Positions 32,145 to 42,930 are shown, counted from the first letter of the stretch. The stretch is 64,000 nt of DNA from Nitrososphaeria archaeon (GCA_963752255.1 CAVVXT010000019.1:192001-256000), one strand, 5' to 3'. The notes: generated from the letters alone by a model not told the origin. Made by a program: numbers and translations.

Positions 32145-33202
32145 CTAGAAATCCAAGTGTGAAGATAGTGATCTATAAAATATCTTACTCTATGAAGCTC
32201 GTCAACCTTCTTGCAACCAGTTAAGAACATAGCTGTCTTGAATTCAGAGGAAATCTGATCAACATAAGACGAAAGACTTGATTTAGATTTTTTAGCTAGC
32301 TTTAATACAGGAAGAGCTATTGAACCGTACTTAGCGCCAAGCACCAGCGCTTTAGCTAGGTCCAGTCCATTTCTAAGCCCGCCAGAGGCTATAAGAGGAA
32401 TCTTTACAGTTGAGGCGCATTCAATCAATGAGACCACCGTCGGAATACCCCAACCCGAATAAGCGGCGCCTAGACTGCTTTTTGACTTGTCGCCCAGCAT
32501 CTTAGAACGAATCGATTCAACAGTCGCCCAATTTGTACCTCCTAACCCAGATATGTTGATACAGGATACTCCAGCGAGTTCAAGTTTTGCAGCAGTCTCT
32601 TTAGAGATGCCGGTTCCGACCTCTTTAACAACGACAGGAACACCTATATTTTTGGTAAGGAATTCAATTTTTCCATACACACCTTTAAAGTTGGGCTCCC
32701 CTTCGACCTGAATAACCTCTTGCAAGGGGTTTAGGTGCACGGCAATCGCGTTCGCCTTAGTGTCTGAAACAAGTGATTTGAGTTTGTCGATGTCGAGCCC
32801 TTTAGACAGCTGTGCTGCTCCGATATTTAAGGCAAGAAAGATATTTGGGGCAACATCCCTTGCAATAGTATAAGTATCTTTTACTGAGGTGTCTTCCAAT
32901 GCTGCTCTCACGCTACCAAGGAACATTCCTAATCCCTTTTCTTCTGCCACCTGAGCAATAGTTTGGTTCAGTGACCTTGCTTCTTCGAAGCCTCCGGTTA
33001 ATGAATCAAATAATAACGGATACTTTAAAGTCTTTCCAAAAATGTTTGTTGAAGCATCTAACTCTTCAAAATTTATTTCGGGCATCGCGTTATGTACTAG
33101 ATGAATATATTCAAAACCAGGTGAGACACCTTTAGATTCAACATCTTCTTTAAGGCATATGGAGATGTGATCAGCTTTACGTCCCCGTATTTTTTCACTC
33201 AT
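32141..33202 (-). CDS. fni: Type 2 isopentenyl-diphosphate isomerase
   Basis: RKADHI, HLNPLQE, KEVGTG, GGTNW, ASGGLR. Confidence 0.95.
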   Translation of the reverse strand: MSEKIRGRKADHISICLKEDVESKGVSPGFEYIHLVHNAMPEINFEELDASTNIFGKTLKYPLLFDSLTGGFEEARSLNQTIAQVAEEKGLGMFLGSVRAALEDTSVKDTYTIARDVAPNIFLALNIGAAQLSKGLDIDKLKSLVSDTKANAIAVHLNPLQEVIQVEGEPNFKGVYGKIEFLTKNIGVPVVVKEVGTGISKETAAKLELAGVSCINISGLGGTNWATVESIRSKMLGDKSKSSLGAAYSGWGIPTVVSLIECASTVKIPLIASGGLRNGLDLAKALVLGAKYGSIALPVLKLAKKSKSSLSSYVDQISSEFKTAMFLTGCKKVDELHRVRYFIDHYLHTWISR

Positions 33203-33963
33203 CTTCTTCCCTTCATGCATGTTCCCATGCCGATAACGCCATTTAAAGCTTTGAACACTACATCGGGTTTGAGACCGTTAACAAAGAACACGTCTGTCCC
33301 AAGTTTAGAAATTTTAAGGGCGATCTTCAACTTTCTTGTTATGCCACCTGTAACGTCATATTTCTTGTTGGTTCCAACAAAATTCTTTACAGCCCTAGAA
33401 TCTAGTTCACATATAGCATCACCCTCCATCTTCGAAGAAGGGTAGACACCATCAACATCCATACAGAATATCATGCGATTAGGCTTAATCATTGAGCAGA
33501 CACTGTACGCAATATCATCACCGGAGAGTATCTTGAAACCGCCATGGCACGGTATGACATCACCAAAAAGAACAGGTGTAAAACCCTGGTTCAAGAGATC
33601 TAAAAAAAATGATTTCATAACAATAGAATTTCCCCGGACAAAAAAAGGTGCTATAGTGTATGGTTTAATACCTCTTGAGCTCAGCGATCTAACAATTTTC
33701 TGATGTAGATCAAACATACTTTTCCTAGTCAAATACACGCCTTCAATATCGCCGATTTCTTTACATTCGGTAGAGAGCCCTGCTTTCTTAGCGTAATAGT
33801 GGCCGAATGATCCACCGCCGTGTATGATAATTTTTCTAGAACGATGTTGCGTCATCACCTTTGATAACTGATCTAGGGCTTTAATTCTTAAAGTCAGAGG
33901 GCGATCTTTGTGGGTTATGACAGAACCTCCAAGTTTTATGACCACAGTCTCTATTCTGTCCAA
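33199..33963 (-). CDS. Isopentenyl phosphate kinase
   Basis: KLGGSVIT, HGGGSFGH, SGD, DVTGGI..K. Confidence 0.92.
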   Translation of the reverse strand: MDRIETVVIKLGGSVITHKDRPLTLRIKALDQLSKVMTQHRSRKIIIHGGGSFGHYYAKKAGLSTECKEIGDIEGVYLTRKSMFDLHQKIVRSLSSRGIKPYTIAPFFVRGNSIVMKSFFLDLLNQGFTPVLFGDVIPCHGGFKILSGDDIAYSVCSMIKPNRMIFCMDVDGVYPSSKMEGDAICELDSRAVKNFVGTNKKYDVTGGITRKLKIALKISKLGTDVFFVNGLKPDVVFKALNGVIGMGTCMKGRR

Positions 33964-34898
33964 GTTTTAAGACCTCCGGAGGGGATGGTCGTAACAAATA
34001 TATCAAAGGCCTCGAGCTTCCTTATTACATTCCCAAATGAAGACTGATCAGGCAGTACTATTACACATCCGCCTCCTCCGGCACCGGTCAACTTCGCGCC
34101 CAAGGCTCCGCCTTCAATAGATAGATTTACTAAATTATCTAAAGGCTTGCATGATACGCCGAAGAAAGATAGGATAGCATGCTGATAGTTTAGGAGGAGA
34201 CCAAATTCGTTTAACATACCCTTACTCAAGTAATCTGAGCCCAAAACGGCGATATGTGAGGATGCTTTAACGACTCCATCAAAATATGATGGAAAAATAT
34301 TCCTGTAAGATGAAAATTTTGAAACCAGATAAGAAGTTGAGCGCCTAATTCCCGTGTTCACGACAATTACTTTGACGGGAGCCAATAAATTCACATTTTT
34401 TTTTGATCCATCTCTTTTATAGAGATGCACTCCACCTTCAACCCCGACAAAGACATCTACACCAGATGGATTACCGTGTGTTACACGCTCAGACTCCATG
34501 GCGATATCAAATATCCTGCCAGAATCAGCATCACTATCTAAGAGCTTTAGGACTGATGCGACGTAGGAGACTGAAGTAGAACTGGATGAGCCCAGTCCTG
34601 CAGAAAGAGGTAGGGTTGTGCTGATCGAAGATCTTATCTTCTTCGATACAGGAAACTCACTTCTAATCCTTTCTAGAGCCTTCTTATAGGGAAGAAGTTC
34701 CTTAGGGACGGGGTCACCTTGCCTCCATCTAAGGTTAAGGTTTTCACTCACTATTTCGTCTACGTCGGAAAGTGACGACTTAGTTGTAGACCCCTGCTCG
34801 ATCGCGGCGACAAGCGCATAGGCGCCATGGACGACAAAGTGTTCGCCAAGCAGTATGACTTTTCCAGGAGAGAAAGCACACGCGTACAAAACTACCAC
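33951..34898 (-). CDS. mvk: Mevalonate kinase
   Basis: PGKVILLGEHFVV, GLGSS, HGNPSGVD, KLTGAGGGG. Confidence 0.93.
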   Translation of the reverse strand: MVVLYACAFSPGKVILLGEHFVVHGAYALVAAIEQGSTTKSSLSDVDEIVSENLNLRWRQGDPVPKELLPYKKALERIRSEFPVSKKIRSSISTTLPLSAGLGSSSSTSVSYVASVLKLLDSDADSGRIFDIAMESERVTHGNPSGVDVFVGVEGGVHLYKRDGSKKNVNLLAPVKVIVVNTGIRRSTSYLVSKFSSYRNIFPSYFDGVVKASSHIAVLGSDYLSKGMLNEFGLLLNYQHAILSFFGVSCKPLDNLVNLSIEGGALGAKLTGAGGGGCVIVLPDQSSFGNVIRKLEAFDIFVTTIPSGGLKTWTE

Positions 34899-35743
34899 TT
34901 TCCAAGCGCTATCGAAGCATAGCCTACAACTTGGTCGTATTCTCCGATGATTTCACCGCTTGTCATATAGACTAGAAGCTTTCCACCAGAGGCGCCGATC
35001 TTCTTCGAAAGTGTCATAAGAGTCGCGATGGGCCCAAAACCACAGACCGATATCTTATTTTCATCGATGCAGCCGTAGAAGCCTTCAACATCAAGCTTTT
35101 CAATGTATGTTATGAGCTTTTTATCTTTCCTTAGTGCAACATTGTGAGGTTCATAGTGGGTAAAGTCAGAGGAAGCAACCAAGATATCTCTGCCGGGGAC
35201 AAATAAATCTGCTATAACGCTACCGAGTTCTGTTGCAAAGTGTTTGTCCTGGGCCATCATGCAGATTGGAAGGAGCTTAAAGGTGTTCCCGTACGTGTAC
35301 TGGAGAAGTGGAAGTTGAACTTCAATAGAATGTTCATATTCATGCGCCAGATCATCCAGATCCACTAACTTGGAAAGGTTCGACAGTTTTCTAACCCCTT
35401 CAAGGTCGACTGAAACTGTTCCTAAGGGTGTCTGCCAGCCTTCTTTTGTAGAGGAAGCGATTATGCTCCCCAGTCCCTGATGGTTAGGGCCGAGAATAAA
35501 AACACGCTCAGGAGAAGGGATATGCGTCTTTAAAAAGGAATAGCCTTTTGCGGCAACATATCCCGAATACTGATAGCCTGCATGAGGAGAAACTATACCG
35601 AAAACCTCTTTCATGTCAGGAGGAGTGTATTTACTTAAATTGTCCGGAGGAAAGGTAAAGAGCCGGTCCAGAATTTCTTTCAGACTTCTTTCGCTGCCGG
35701 GGTAAAAGGTTCCGGCCGCTGCAGGTCTTCGATTAACACCCAA
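34892..35743 (-). CDS. MEMO1-family protein (AmmeMemoRadiSam protein B)
   Basis: AGTFYP, PHAGYQYSG, EHSIEVQLP, SSDFTHY, VGYAS. Confidence 0.93.
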   Translation of the reverse strand: MGVNRRPAAAGTFYPGSERSLKEILDRLFTFPPDNLSKYTPPDMKEVFGIVSPHAGYQYSGYVAAKGYSFLKTHIPSPERVFILGPNHQGLGSIIASSTKEGWQTPLGTVSVDLEGVRKLSNLSKLVDLDDLAHEYEHSIEVQLPLLQYTYGNTFKLLPICMMAQDKHFATELGSVIADLFVPGRDILVASSDFTHYEPHNVALRKDKKLITYIEKLDVEGFYGCIDENKISVCGFGPIATLMTLSKKIGASGGKLLVYMTSGEIIGEYDQVVGYASIALGKW

Positions 35744-35783
35744 ATTTGATCAAATATATGGTCTTTGAAGGAAGTTTATAAGT

Positions 35784-36443
35784 TTAAGAAGATTCTTCTT
35801 CAGTCTTCGTTTCAAAATCGTCAATAGAATACTTCATAGATTCGTTCGGTGGAAGTGCCTTTGTAGCTGACAGAACACTTCTGGCAAGAAGCCAGTAGAC
35901 CGCTGCCAGAGCCTTGCGCCCGTTGTTGTTTGCGGGTATAATCACGTCCACATTAGAGATGATGTTGTCCGTGTTACATATGGCAATTATTGGGATGCTC
36001 ATACTTGATGCTTCATCTATAGCCTGCTTGTCATAAAAAGGATCCGAGATGATCACCAATTCAGGTTCGAAATAATTTTTGAGCAGAGGGTTTGTTATGG
36101 TGCCGGGAAGGAACCTCTTTATTACCGGAGTAGCGCCGGTCAGCTCGCAGAACTTTTCAACAGGAGTTTCAGCATAAGGTTTACGGGAGTACACAATAAC
36201 GTTCTTAGGATTAGAACGGGATATCATTTTAGAAGCAACGTCAATTCGTTCAAGGGTCTTGTTGATGTCTATGATATTTAGACCGGACTGTTTTGTTGCT
36301 GCAATAAACTTTTTCATGTACGCTGTCTTCGCAACGCTACCTATTCTAATACCTGACGAAAACAAGTCTTTTTCACTAATCCCTGTAGTTACCATCTTTT
36401 CGGAGGAACCTTCCTCATCTATTGCTTCCTTTTCTTCTGTCAC
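35784..36443 (-). CDS. rps2: Ribosomal protein uS2
   Basis: RFLPGTITNP, DKQAIDEA, IPANNNGRKAL. Confidence 0.95.
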   Translation of the reverse strand: MTEEKEAIDEEGSSEKMVTTGISEKDLFSSGIRIGSVAKTAYMKKFIAATKQSGLNIIDINKTLERIDVASKMISRSNPKNVIVYSRKPYAETPVEKFCELTGATPVIKRFLPGTITNPLLKNYFEPELVIISDPFYDKQAIDEASSMSIPIIAICNTDNIISNVDVIIPANNNGRKALAAVYWLLARSVLSATKALPPNESMKYSIDDFETKTEEESS

Positions 36444-36448
36444 ACATA

Positions 36449-37694
36449 TCACCAATTAACATCCATCATCTTAAAGGGTCCATAAGCTTCATCAATTCTG
36501 ATGAGCTCGTTAAGCTTCGCTATCCGTTCTCCGCCGACAACACCAGACTTCATGATTTCTGCGGAAACGCCGAGAGCGATGTGAGCCAAATGTGAGTCAA
36601 CTCCCTCCCCAGACCGGTGTGATGCTATTATAACATATTTCTTCGCTTTGGCAGTGTTAGCAAAGTCGATCGCTTCACCGAGAGGACCGATTTGGTTAAC
36701 CTTTAATATTGCACCGTTACCGGCTCCAATCTTAGCGCCTTCGAGCAGCCTTTTACTGTTTGTCACGAACAGATCGTCGCCGACTATGAACGTGTGCTTC
36801 ACCCGTTTTGTCAGAGCGGCAAAACCCTCATAGTCGTCTTCGAACATCGGATCTTCCACGTAAGCTGGAGAAAATCTGTCTATTACCGAGAGAACAAAGT
36901 CGATCTGCTCCTCTCTCGTTAGTCTCACACCTCTGCGTTCATAGTTGTATGTGCCAGACTTAGGATCGAAGATTCGACCCCGAGGCGAAATCTATTCCCA
37001 TTTTCACCTTGAAACCCACTTTATCACTTATATTATTCACTGCGACGCTAACGACATCCAATGCCTCCAAATCGTTGAGATGAGGGGCCCATGCGCCTTC
37101 ATCACCCTTACCTCCCGTGAACGTGGGATCTTTCTTCTCGATAAGCCTACGAACTTCTTTGTGGACTAAAACGTTAGCATAAATAGCATCGAAAATCTTC
37201 CTGGAACCAACAGGCAGCGAAAGGAATTCCTGAATGTCGGTAGAACCTTGACCGGCATGTTTACCCCCGCCAAGGACGTTACCCAATGGAAACGGATGGG
37301 CGAAATTGATGCTACCGCCGATGAACTTGAACATTGGAATGCCGAGAGACTTTGATGCGGCATCAGCTGAAGCTAATGTTATAGCAAAGGCGGCGGAGCC
37401 ACCGATATTCTCAAAGAAAGGGGATGCATCAATTTCGTGTAATAGCTTTGCTAATCCTTTGATGTCACCCGCATCAAATCCGACGATCTTCTTAGAATAC
37501 TGTTTGAAAGCTTGAACCGCACCTTCCGGGCCTGAAGCTGGGAAGGCGACAGCTTCACCTCCTCCGGTACTTGCACCGGCTGGAGCAGAAGACCGTCCAA
37601 CAACATTTCCAACTATAACATCAACTTCTATCGTCTTTTCCCCTCTGCTGTTAAAGATTATTCGAGACTTTAGATCCCGGATCTTTGTGTCCAT
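36449..37694 (-). CDS. eno: Enolase (+1 frameshift near 36980)
   Basis: NSRG..TIEVD, GASTG, GGKHA, GDEGA, VGDDLFVTN, KVNQIG, SHRSGE. Confidence 0.92.
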
Positions 37695-37697
37695 GAC

Positions 37698-37931
37698 TTA
37701 CTTCACCGTCTGATACTCCTTACCTTTTCTTGTTACAGATTCCTCGTAAGGCAGTATCTGGTCAACAATATCAACGTTGGAAACGAACATGCGCCTGCAG
37801 CAATATCTCTTTACTCCAAGCTCGTCCAAAACCTTACCCGAATCTTCTCCTGTACCAACCCTTTTCTTGTATTCTTCGTACTTGTCAGCTATGAGGGAAC
37901 CGCAGGTGAAACATCTGACAGGAATCATCAT
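37698..37931 (-). CDS. rpo10: RNA polymerase subunit Rpo10 (N)
   Basis: [18 protein letters not shown]. Confidence 0.97.
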   Translation of the reverse strand: MMIPVRCFTCGSLIADKYEEYKKRVGTGEDSGKVLDELGVKRYCCRRMFVSNVDIVDQILPYEESVTRKGKEYQTVK

Positions 37932-37937
37932 ACAACA

Positions 37938-38342
37938 TCACCTGTAAGACTTCTGTTTCCTCCTTCTAGGGCCTGGACCACCGAACTTTTTCGGCTCTGC
38001 CTGTCTAGGATCGCCCACGAGAAGGAAACGATCGTATTCCATGAATCGTTTTTTGACGTCTTCTGAACCACTCCATCCAACGATAGATCTAGATATGGCC
38101 ATAGCACTTGCTTCAGCCCTGCCCATGTAGCCTCCGCCTTTAACCTTAACTGCGATATCAACCTTGTTAGCCACTTCCTTAGCAAGAGCTAAAGCGGTCA
38201 TAATCCTCAATCTGGCAAACTCCGGCTGCAGAATCTCAACCGGCACATTGTTTATCCAGACGCGACCCTGACCTGAAGATACCACTGCCTGTGCGTATGA
38301 AGTCTTCCTCCAACCATCAAACTGCCGGGCTTTTTTCACCAT
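37938..38342 (-). CDS. rps9: Ribosomal protein uS9
   Basis: GWRKTS, VKGGG, DPRQAEPKKFGGPGPRRRKQKSYR; own ATG at 38342. Confidence 0.93.
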   Translation of the reverse strand: MVKKARQFDGWRKTSYAQAVVSSGQGRVWINNVPVEILQPEFARLRIMTALALAKEVANKVDIAVKVKGGGYMGRAEASAMAISRSIVGWSGSEDVKKRFMEYDRFLLVGDPRQAEPKKFGGPGPRRRKQKSYR

Positions 38343-38789
38343 CAGACTAGCAACCCCTTTACCTAGAACTTCAGCTATTTCCTCCACTTTAGTGTAAAAC
38401 GATAAAGGTTTTGTCGCTTTTGCCTTAAAAAAGGTTGTCCTAGCATCTTTTTCAAATTTTGCTGGGATCCCGACAAAAACCCTTAAGCGATCGAAAGCGA
38501 TCGCACCCTTGCTCTTTCTCATGGGCAACATACCTCTAATCGTTCTAGAGACAATGTTTTCCGGCCGCCTTGCATGATAAGGTCCATAGATAGGATTGGT
38601 CCTGCTGCTTATTTCAAGCTTTAACAGGTAACTTTTAAGATTAGATTTCCTGTTACCGGAAAGTAGAATTTTCTCCGCATTAACAACAACAACCCTGTTA
38701 CCTTTCAAAAGTAGTTTAGAAACCTCGGAGGCTAAGCGACCGAGGATCTGATTTTCGCCGTCTATAACGATTGGTTTCCGAGCAGACAT
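38342..38789 (-). CDS. rpl13: Ribosomal protein uL13 (reads into S9 because of a probable +1 error)
   Basis: ILGRLAS, NAEK, RTIRGMLP; removing one base near 38350 yields a TGA overlapping the S9 ATG. Confidence 0.9.
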
Positions 38790-38791
38790 AT

Positions 38792-39154
38792 TCAACCACC
38801 CATTACTATGATTTTGGAGCCGTCAGGATACTTTTCAGCGAACTCCACTAAATTAAGGACGCAGCCACCTGCGTCTGCGATCTTTTTACCAGCACTCTTG
38901 GACGTAAATAGGGCGCCCACCGTTATGGTGTGATCAACTAAACCGTCACCCAAGATCTTGCCTGGAATTAGTACTATATCGTTTTCTTTTGTAAGCTGGG
39001 AGACCTTGCCCACGTTAACTATCGGCCTTCTAGAGTTGGGACGGGAAACCATATCTATTACACTGGTCCAAAAAGTTTTGTTTTGTCCTTTTGACAACTT
39101 TTCCAACTTCTCCAACGTTTCGGTTATAATCGGATTACTACTTCTCTTTTTCAA
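38792..39154 (-). CDS. rpl18e: Ribosomal protein eL18
   Basis: VNVGKV, IPGKILGDG, KIADAGG. Confidence 0.95.
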   Translation of the reverse strand: MKKRSSNPIITETLEKLEKLSKGQNKTFWTSVIDMVSRPNSRRPIVNVGKVSQLTKENDIVLIPGKILGDGLVDHTITVGALFTSKSAGKKIADAGGCVLNLVEFAEKYPDGSKIIVMGG

Positions 39155-39968
39155 CGGTAATCACCTCACCCGAATATTTTCCAATAACTTCATCGACTTG
39201 GGACATGACCTCTTTAATAGATCGAAGTAGAATATCCCTTGCAGACATGCTACCAACACTTTCTATTACAAGGATGAATTTATCCTCTGACTCGCTAACA
39301 CTAATACCCTTAGGCTCAGTATCGCATCCCTTTAGACATTCAAGGCAGAGGTTACAGCTAAGGGGATTGTCGATATTAAGTAGACCATCGCGCATAAGAA
39401 AGACGTTCCTTGGACACGCGTCAACGCATGCGCCACAATTATTGCAACTCTTATTCTGAACTATCACAGGATACGATTCTAAAACTGATACCGATGCCAC
39501 CTGCCATTTGGCATGTGCCTTACCTCTACCAAGTTTAGCATACGCTTCTAACTTAATCTTCTGTCCAGGTGCAAGCTTTAAGATAGGTATGTTCTGGGAG
39601 ACAGGTTTAACTTCTTCATCTTCTGAGACGAGCTCAGCAGAGTACACTTCTCTGACCCTATCAGTCGCTTCAGCATCTAATACAAACAAAACCCTGCACT
39701 TAGGACAGCCAAGGGCACTCTTACAGTCACATTCTGAAGGAAGAAGATACTTGTCAGCAGGAGTTTTAAGCGGAATAAGTCCTAGACGATGAGATATTAC
39801 TTCATCATAGAAAGAAGAAGTGTTCTCTAATATTACAACATCGTCTATCGCCATAACGGGAACAAGTGATATAGCCGCACGTCGTATAGAGTTAACGTGC
39901 ATCCTTGAAAAACCGTCAAAAAGAACCTTTATCCTACCAAAGGACTCCTCTAAAACTTGAACAGACAT
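39138..39968 (-). CDS. rpo3: RNA polymerase subunit Rpo3 (D) with ferredoxin-like Fe-S domain
   Basis: NSIRR, DEVISHRLGLIPL, HAKW; CxxCxxCxxxCP and CxxCxxC. Confidence 0.95.
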   Translation of the reverse strand: MSVQVLEESFGRIKVLFDGFSRMHVNSIRRAAISLVPVMAIDDVVILENTSSFYDEVISHRLGLIPLKTPADKYLLPSECDCKSALGCPKCRVLFVLDAEATDRVREVYSAELVSEDEEVKPVSQNIPILKLAPGQKIKLEAYAKLGRGKAHAKWQVASVSVLESYPVIVQNKSCNNCGACVDACPRNVFLMRDGLLNIDNPLSCNLCLECLKGCDTEPKGISVSESEDKFILVIESVGSMSARDILLRSIKEVMSQVDEVIGKYSGEVITVEKEK

Positions 39969-40376
39969 CTAAGCTCTTCTACCTCTTCTTCCGCCAGCCT
40001 TCCTTGTGGTATCATGCGGTAAAGGAGTTACATCTTCGATTCTAGCAATCTTGAAACCAGCTCTCGCAAGAGCTCTGAGGGCTGCATTTAAACCAGGTCC
40101 AGGCACCCTAGGCCCTGTGCCACCTACGGCCCGAACCTTAATTATTATCGAAGTTATACCTTTGTTCTTTGCTTCTTCAGATGTAGCCATAGCCGATTTA
40201 ATTGCAGCGTAGGGTGAGGACTCGAATCTGTCCGCTTTAACATGTCTACCTCCAGAACTTATTGAAATAGTCTCAGCCCCTGATAGGTCTGTAAAGTGAA
40301 GGATGGTATTATTATAGGAACTGTAAACGTGGACAATAGCCCATTTTTCTTCCTCAACACCCGAAGGCTTAGACAT
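39969..40376 (-). CDS. rps11: Ribosomal protein uS11
   Basis: [29 protein letters not shown]. Confidence 0.97.
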   Translation of the reverse strand: MSKPSGVEEEKWAIVHVYSSYNNTILHFTDLSGAETISISSGGRHVKADRFESSPYAAIKSAMATSEEAKNKGITSIIIKVRAVGGTGPRVPGPGLNAALRALARAGFKIARIEDVTPLPHDTTRKAGGRRGRRA

Positions 40377-40894
40377 TATTTACCAGCCTCCGGTTGAGCT
40401 CCGACTAGAGCCTTCAGAGGGCTATCATCTCTAATCTTGACGGATTCTTCATCCTGTGCTCCTACGAACATGCTCGGACGCCTAACGACATGATCTCTCA
40501 AAGAAACATGGCCATGAACTATAAACTGCCGGGCCTGAGTTGGTGTCTTAGCTAGACCCTTCCTCCATATAAAAGTCTGAAGTCTCCTCTCCAAAATGTC
40601 TTCAACTGTCAGGCTCAGCACATCATCTATAGTAGAATTTTTATCAATTAAAGCCCAATTTAAAAGCTTATTTAAAAGAAACTTTTCCTTTACCTTACGC
40701 TCAGTCTCTGGCATAGCCAAAAGAAGCCTTGCGTGTTCCCTTGTATTGGAGAGCAGGGTTTTTGCCTTCCATAACTCACGTTTGTTCCTAAGCCCATACG
40801 TTCCCACCAGTTGGAGTTCTCCAACAAGAACGTCACTCCTCCAAGGCATTCGGGGAGTACTATATTTTCTCCTAGGTTTTTTAGGATCTCCCAT
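40376..40894 (-). CDS. rps4: Ribosomal protein uS4
   Basis: [32 protein letters not shown]. Confidence 0.97.
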   Translation of the reverse strand: MGDPKKPRRKYSTPRMPWRSDVLVGELQLVGTYGLRNKRELWKAKTLLSNTREHARLLLAMPETERKVKEKFLLNKLLNWALIDKNSTIDDVLSLTVEDILERRLQTFIWRKGLAKTPTQARQFIVHGHVSLRDHVVRRPSMFVGAQDEESVKIRDDSPLKALVGAQPEAGK

Positions 40895-40983
40895 AACTAT
40901 CCCCTAAAAGCACACCTGCGTCCGCATAACCTTAAAATTAAGTTATAAACGTTTGCATTTGAAGAGCGCATTAAACAGACACC

Positions 40984-41508
40984 CTACTTTTTAGCTTCTT
41001 CGGGTGCGGGTTTGGCCGAGGGCGCTGGAACCCCCTGTCCAGCGACTGCAGCAGGTCTAGCAACCCCTTTTCTCACACCAACTGTCAGCCCTTTCCTGCC
41101 CGTCGTTCTAGTCCTCTGCCCCCTGACTTTTAATCCAAGAGAGTGTCTTATACCCTTCCAGCTCATCGTATCTCTCTCCCTTCGAACATCATCTTTTATG
41201 ATGAAATCCAAGTCGGAGCCTATTAGATGCATATTGGAACCAGAAGATGGATCTTTTCTTCTGTTCAGAAGGTATGCGAGCTCCAACTTGCTTTGAAGAT
41301 TTTTTGTATATTCATCTATCCTATTTAGGTCAGCTTCGGAAAGCGAACCCAACCTCGTATCAGTGTCAATATTTAGCTTGTTTAAAATGGCGTTTGCAGT
41401 GTTAAAACCTATACCTTTAATATCCGCTAGAGCGGCTAGAAGCTTCTTTTTACCGTTAAGGTCTTTGCCACCTAACCTGACTATTTGTCTAAACTCCGAT
41501 GATGACGT
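40984..41508 (-). CDS. rps13: Ribosomal protein uS13 (apparent ACG start)
   Basis: Frame extends upstream of the called start to EFRQIVRLGGKDL..IKGIG; C-terminal GLKVRGQRTRTTGR. Confidence 0.92.
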   Translation of the reverse strand, partial: TSSSEFRQIVRLGGKDLNGKKKLLAALADIKGIGFNTANAILNKLNIDTDTRLGSLSEADLNRIDEYTKNLQSKLELAYLLNRRKDPSSGSNMHLIGSDLDFIIKDDVRRERDTMSWKGIRHSLGLKVRGQRTRTTGRKGLTVGVRKGVARPAAVAGQGVPAPSAKPAPEEAKK

Positions 41509-41580
41509 ATTCTCCTCGCCTTACAAACTCCCTAAATTACTCCTTATTAAATAGTTTTTTGTCAAAACCAGAAAATAGAA

Positions 41581-41877
41581 TCAAAACTTTTGATATTTCC
41601 ATTCTATGACATCGTCAGCTGAGAGGACAGTCTTAAGTGCGCCCGAATTGGATGCGACACCGTTAACGTACAAGGACCAGAAACGTGAGGAACCTACATC
41701 GTTTGAAATGCCAAAGAAGCTAGAAATAACGAAATCCCCGTACTCGGCGGAGTAATTATAGTCTACGATATCACCAAAAGCCAACAGTGTAGCATTAAAT
41801 GCTGAAAAACCGTTTCCTGCGATAAAATGAACTGTCTTTGCTTCCATGGTTCCGTTATTAAAATTTACGACGACTAA
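41581..41877 (-). CDS. DUF4430 (transcobalamin C-terminal-like) domain; start ambiguous
   Basis: YGDFVISSFFG..FWSLYVNG..GA..L..DVIEWKY. Confidence 0.7.
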   Translation of the reverse strand, partial: LVVVNFNNGTMEAKTVHFIAGNGFSAFNATLLAFGDIVDYNYSAEYGDFVISSFFGISNDVGSSRFWSLYVNGVASNSGALKTVLSADDVIEWKYQKF

Positions 41878-42354
41878 TCATGGAGATGGGAGATTTTTAG
41901 TATTTTCGAAATACCATGCAACGATGTCGTTATTCTTTAAGCTATAAGCATCCGCCCCTACCGATCCAAGTGTCCAAGAGTGTGAAGCGCTATTCCAGAC
42001 CCACCAAATCCAATAATAAGACACTGTGCTTGACACCCCATTTATTGCAGTGATAAACGAAGGCCCATAGACAGACGAGTAGTTAACATTCCCATTTGTT
42101 ACTTTGACGGTTGCATTATAGAGCGACCACCCTATGGGTATTAGCGTTTGGTTGTACCATGTTTTTGTCCCATTATTATCTAATAATATGTTTACAGTAT
42201 ATGAAACAACTCCCAACTTTGCAAGTTCCTCATTGTACTGTCTCTTCATGGTCACGTATTCTTGGTGATAGTATATTGTTGTTGCTGCAGTGATTATCGA
42301 AACAAGTAGGAAAGCAATTAGCCCTATAGTCAGTATTCTTTCGTGTTGACTCAT
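41878..42354 (-). CDS. Membrane-anchored DUF4430 domain protein
   Basis: N-terminal TM; YGPSFITAINGV..YWIWW..VGADAY.L..DIVAWY. Confidence 0.75.
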   Translation of the reverse strand: MSQHERILTIGLIAFLLVSIITAATTIYYHQEYVTMKRQYNEELAKLGVVSYTVNILLDNNGTKTWYNQTLIPIGWSLYNATVKVTNGNVNYSSVYGPSFITAINGVSSTVSYYWIWWVWNSASHSWTLGSVGADAYSLKNNDIVAWYFENTKNLPSP

Positions 42355-42923
42355 GCCTTGCCACCTCCTGTAAAAGTTCTTATGGCTTTAGTTAAGGGAT
42401 AGACTGCAGAAAAGAATAGGATAAAGTTACTCGCCTCATGCAGGATTCCAAAAAAGGGAGGAATAAACCACCCCACCACAATTGCGGTTACTAGTGGCAC
42501 ATCGAAGACGACTGCGAAAACAATGTTCGTGAACAGGTCGTAGATTATGGTGAGGACTAGACCCCACAGACCTATCTCAAGGCTGAATCTGAAGACGTTA
42601 AAGGTTTTTTCTGTGGTTTTATAGCTTATTCTTCCTAAGATTCCGCCCACAATTCCAAAGACAGCCTCGCCAACCATGGTCGACATCCATACGGGGAAAC
42701 TGAAGCCAAAAGGGTTTATAGCACCATACACTATCCACACCAATGCTCCAGTAGTTGCGCCTATGGATGCGCCAAATACAAAGCCGGTGATGAAGACCAC
42801 TAGATCCATGATTTTTATGTTTGGTAACCCTATGAGGGCGTAGTTCCCACCGACGCATAGGGCTGTGAGTACCGTGATTAGGCTTATGTCTCTGACCGTT
42901 AAGTGAGGGAATAAGATGTTCAT
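42351..42923 (-). CDS. ECF transporter S component
   Basis: About 5-6 TM; LPNIKIMD..F..G..G pattern; coupled to the DUF4430 gene. Confidence 0.75.
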   Translation of the reverse strand: MNILFPHLTVRDISLITVLTALCVGGNYALIGLPNIKIMDLVVFITGFVFGASIGATTGALVWIVYGAINPFGFSFPVWMSTMVGEAVFGIVGGILGRISYKTTEKTFNVFRFSLEIGLWGLVLTIIYDLFTNIVFAVVFDVPLVTAIVVGWFIPPFFGILHEASNFILFFSAVYPLTKAIRTFTGGGKA

Positions 42924-42930
42924 AGGATGT

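Noticed and set aside
506-37694. Programmed frameshifting or pseudogenisation of tgtA, aspS, gltX, eno and cdvC
   Set aside because: No shared slippery heptamer; each gene is restored by one base with no other decay, and several are essential.
37938-38795. Apparent uL13-uS9 fusion protein (285 aa)
   Set aside because: Removing one base in AAAGGGGTTGCTAG puts a TGA overlapping the S9 ATG (TGATG coupling). This matches the +1 error pattern elsewhere, so it is most likely an artefact, although real fusions exist in some archaea.
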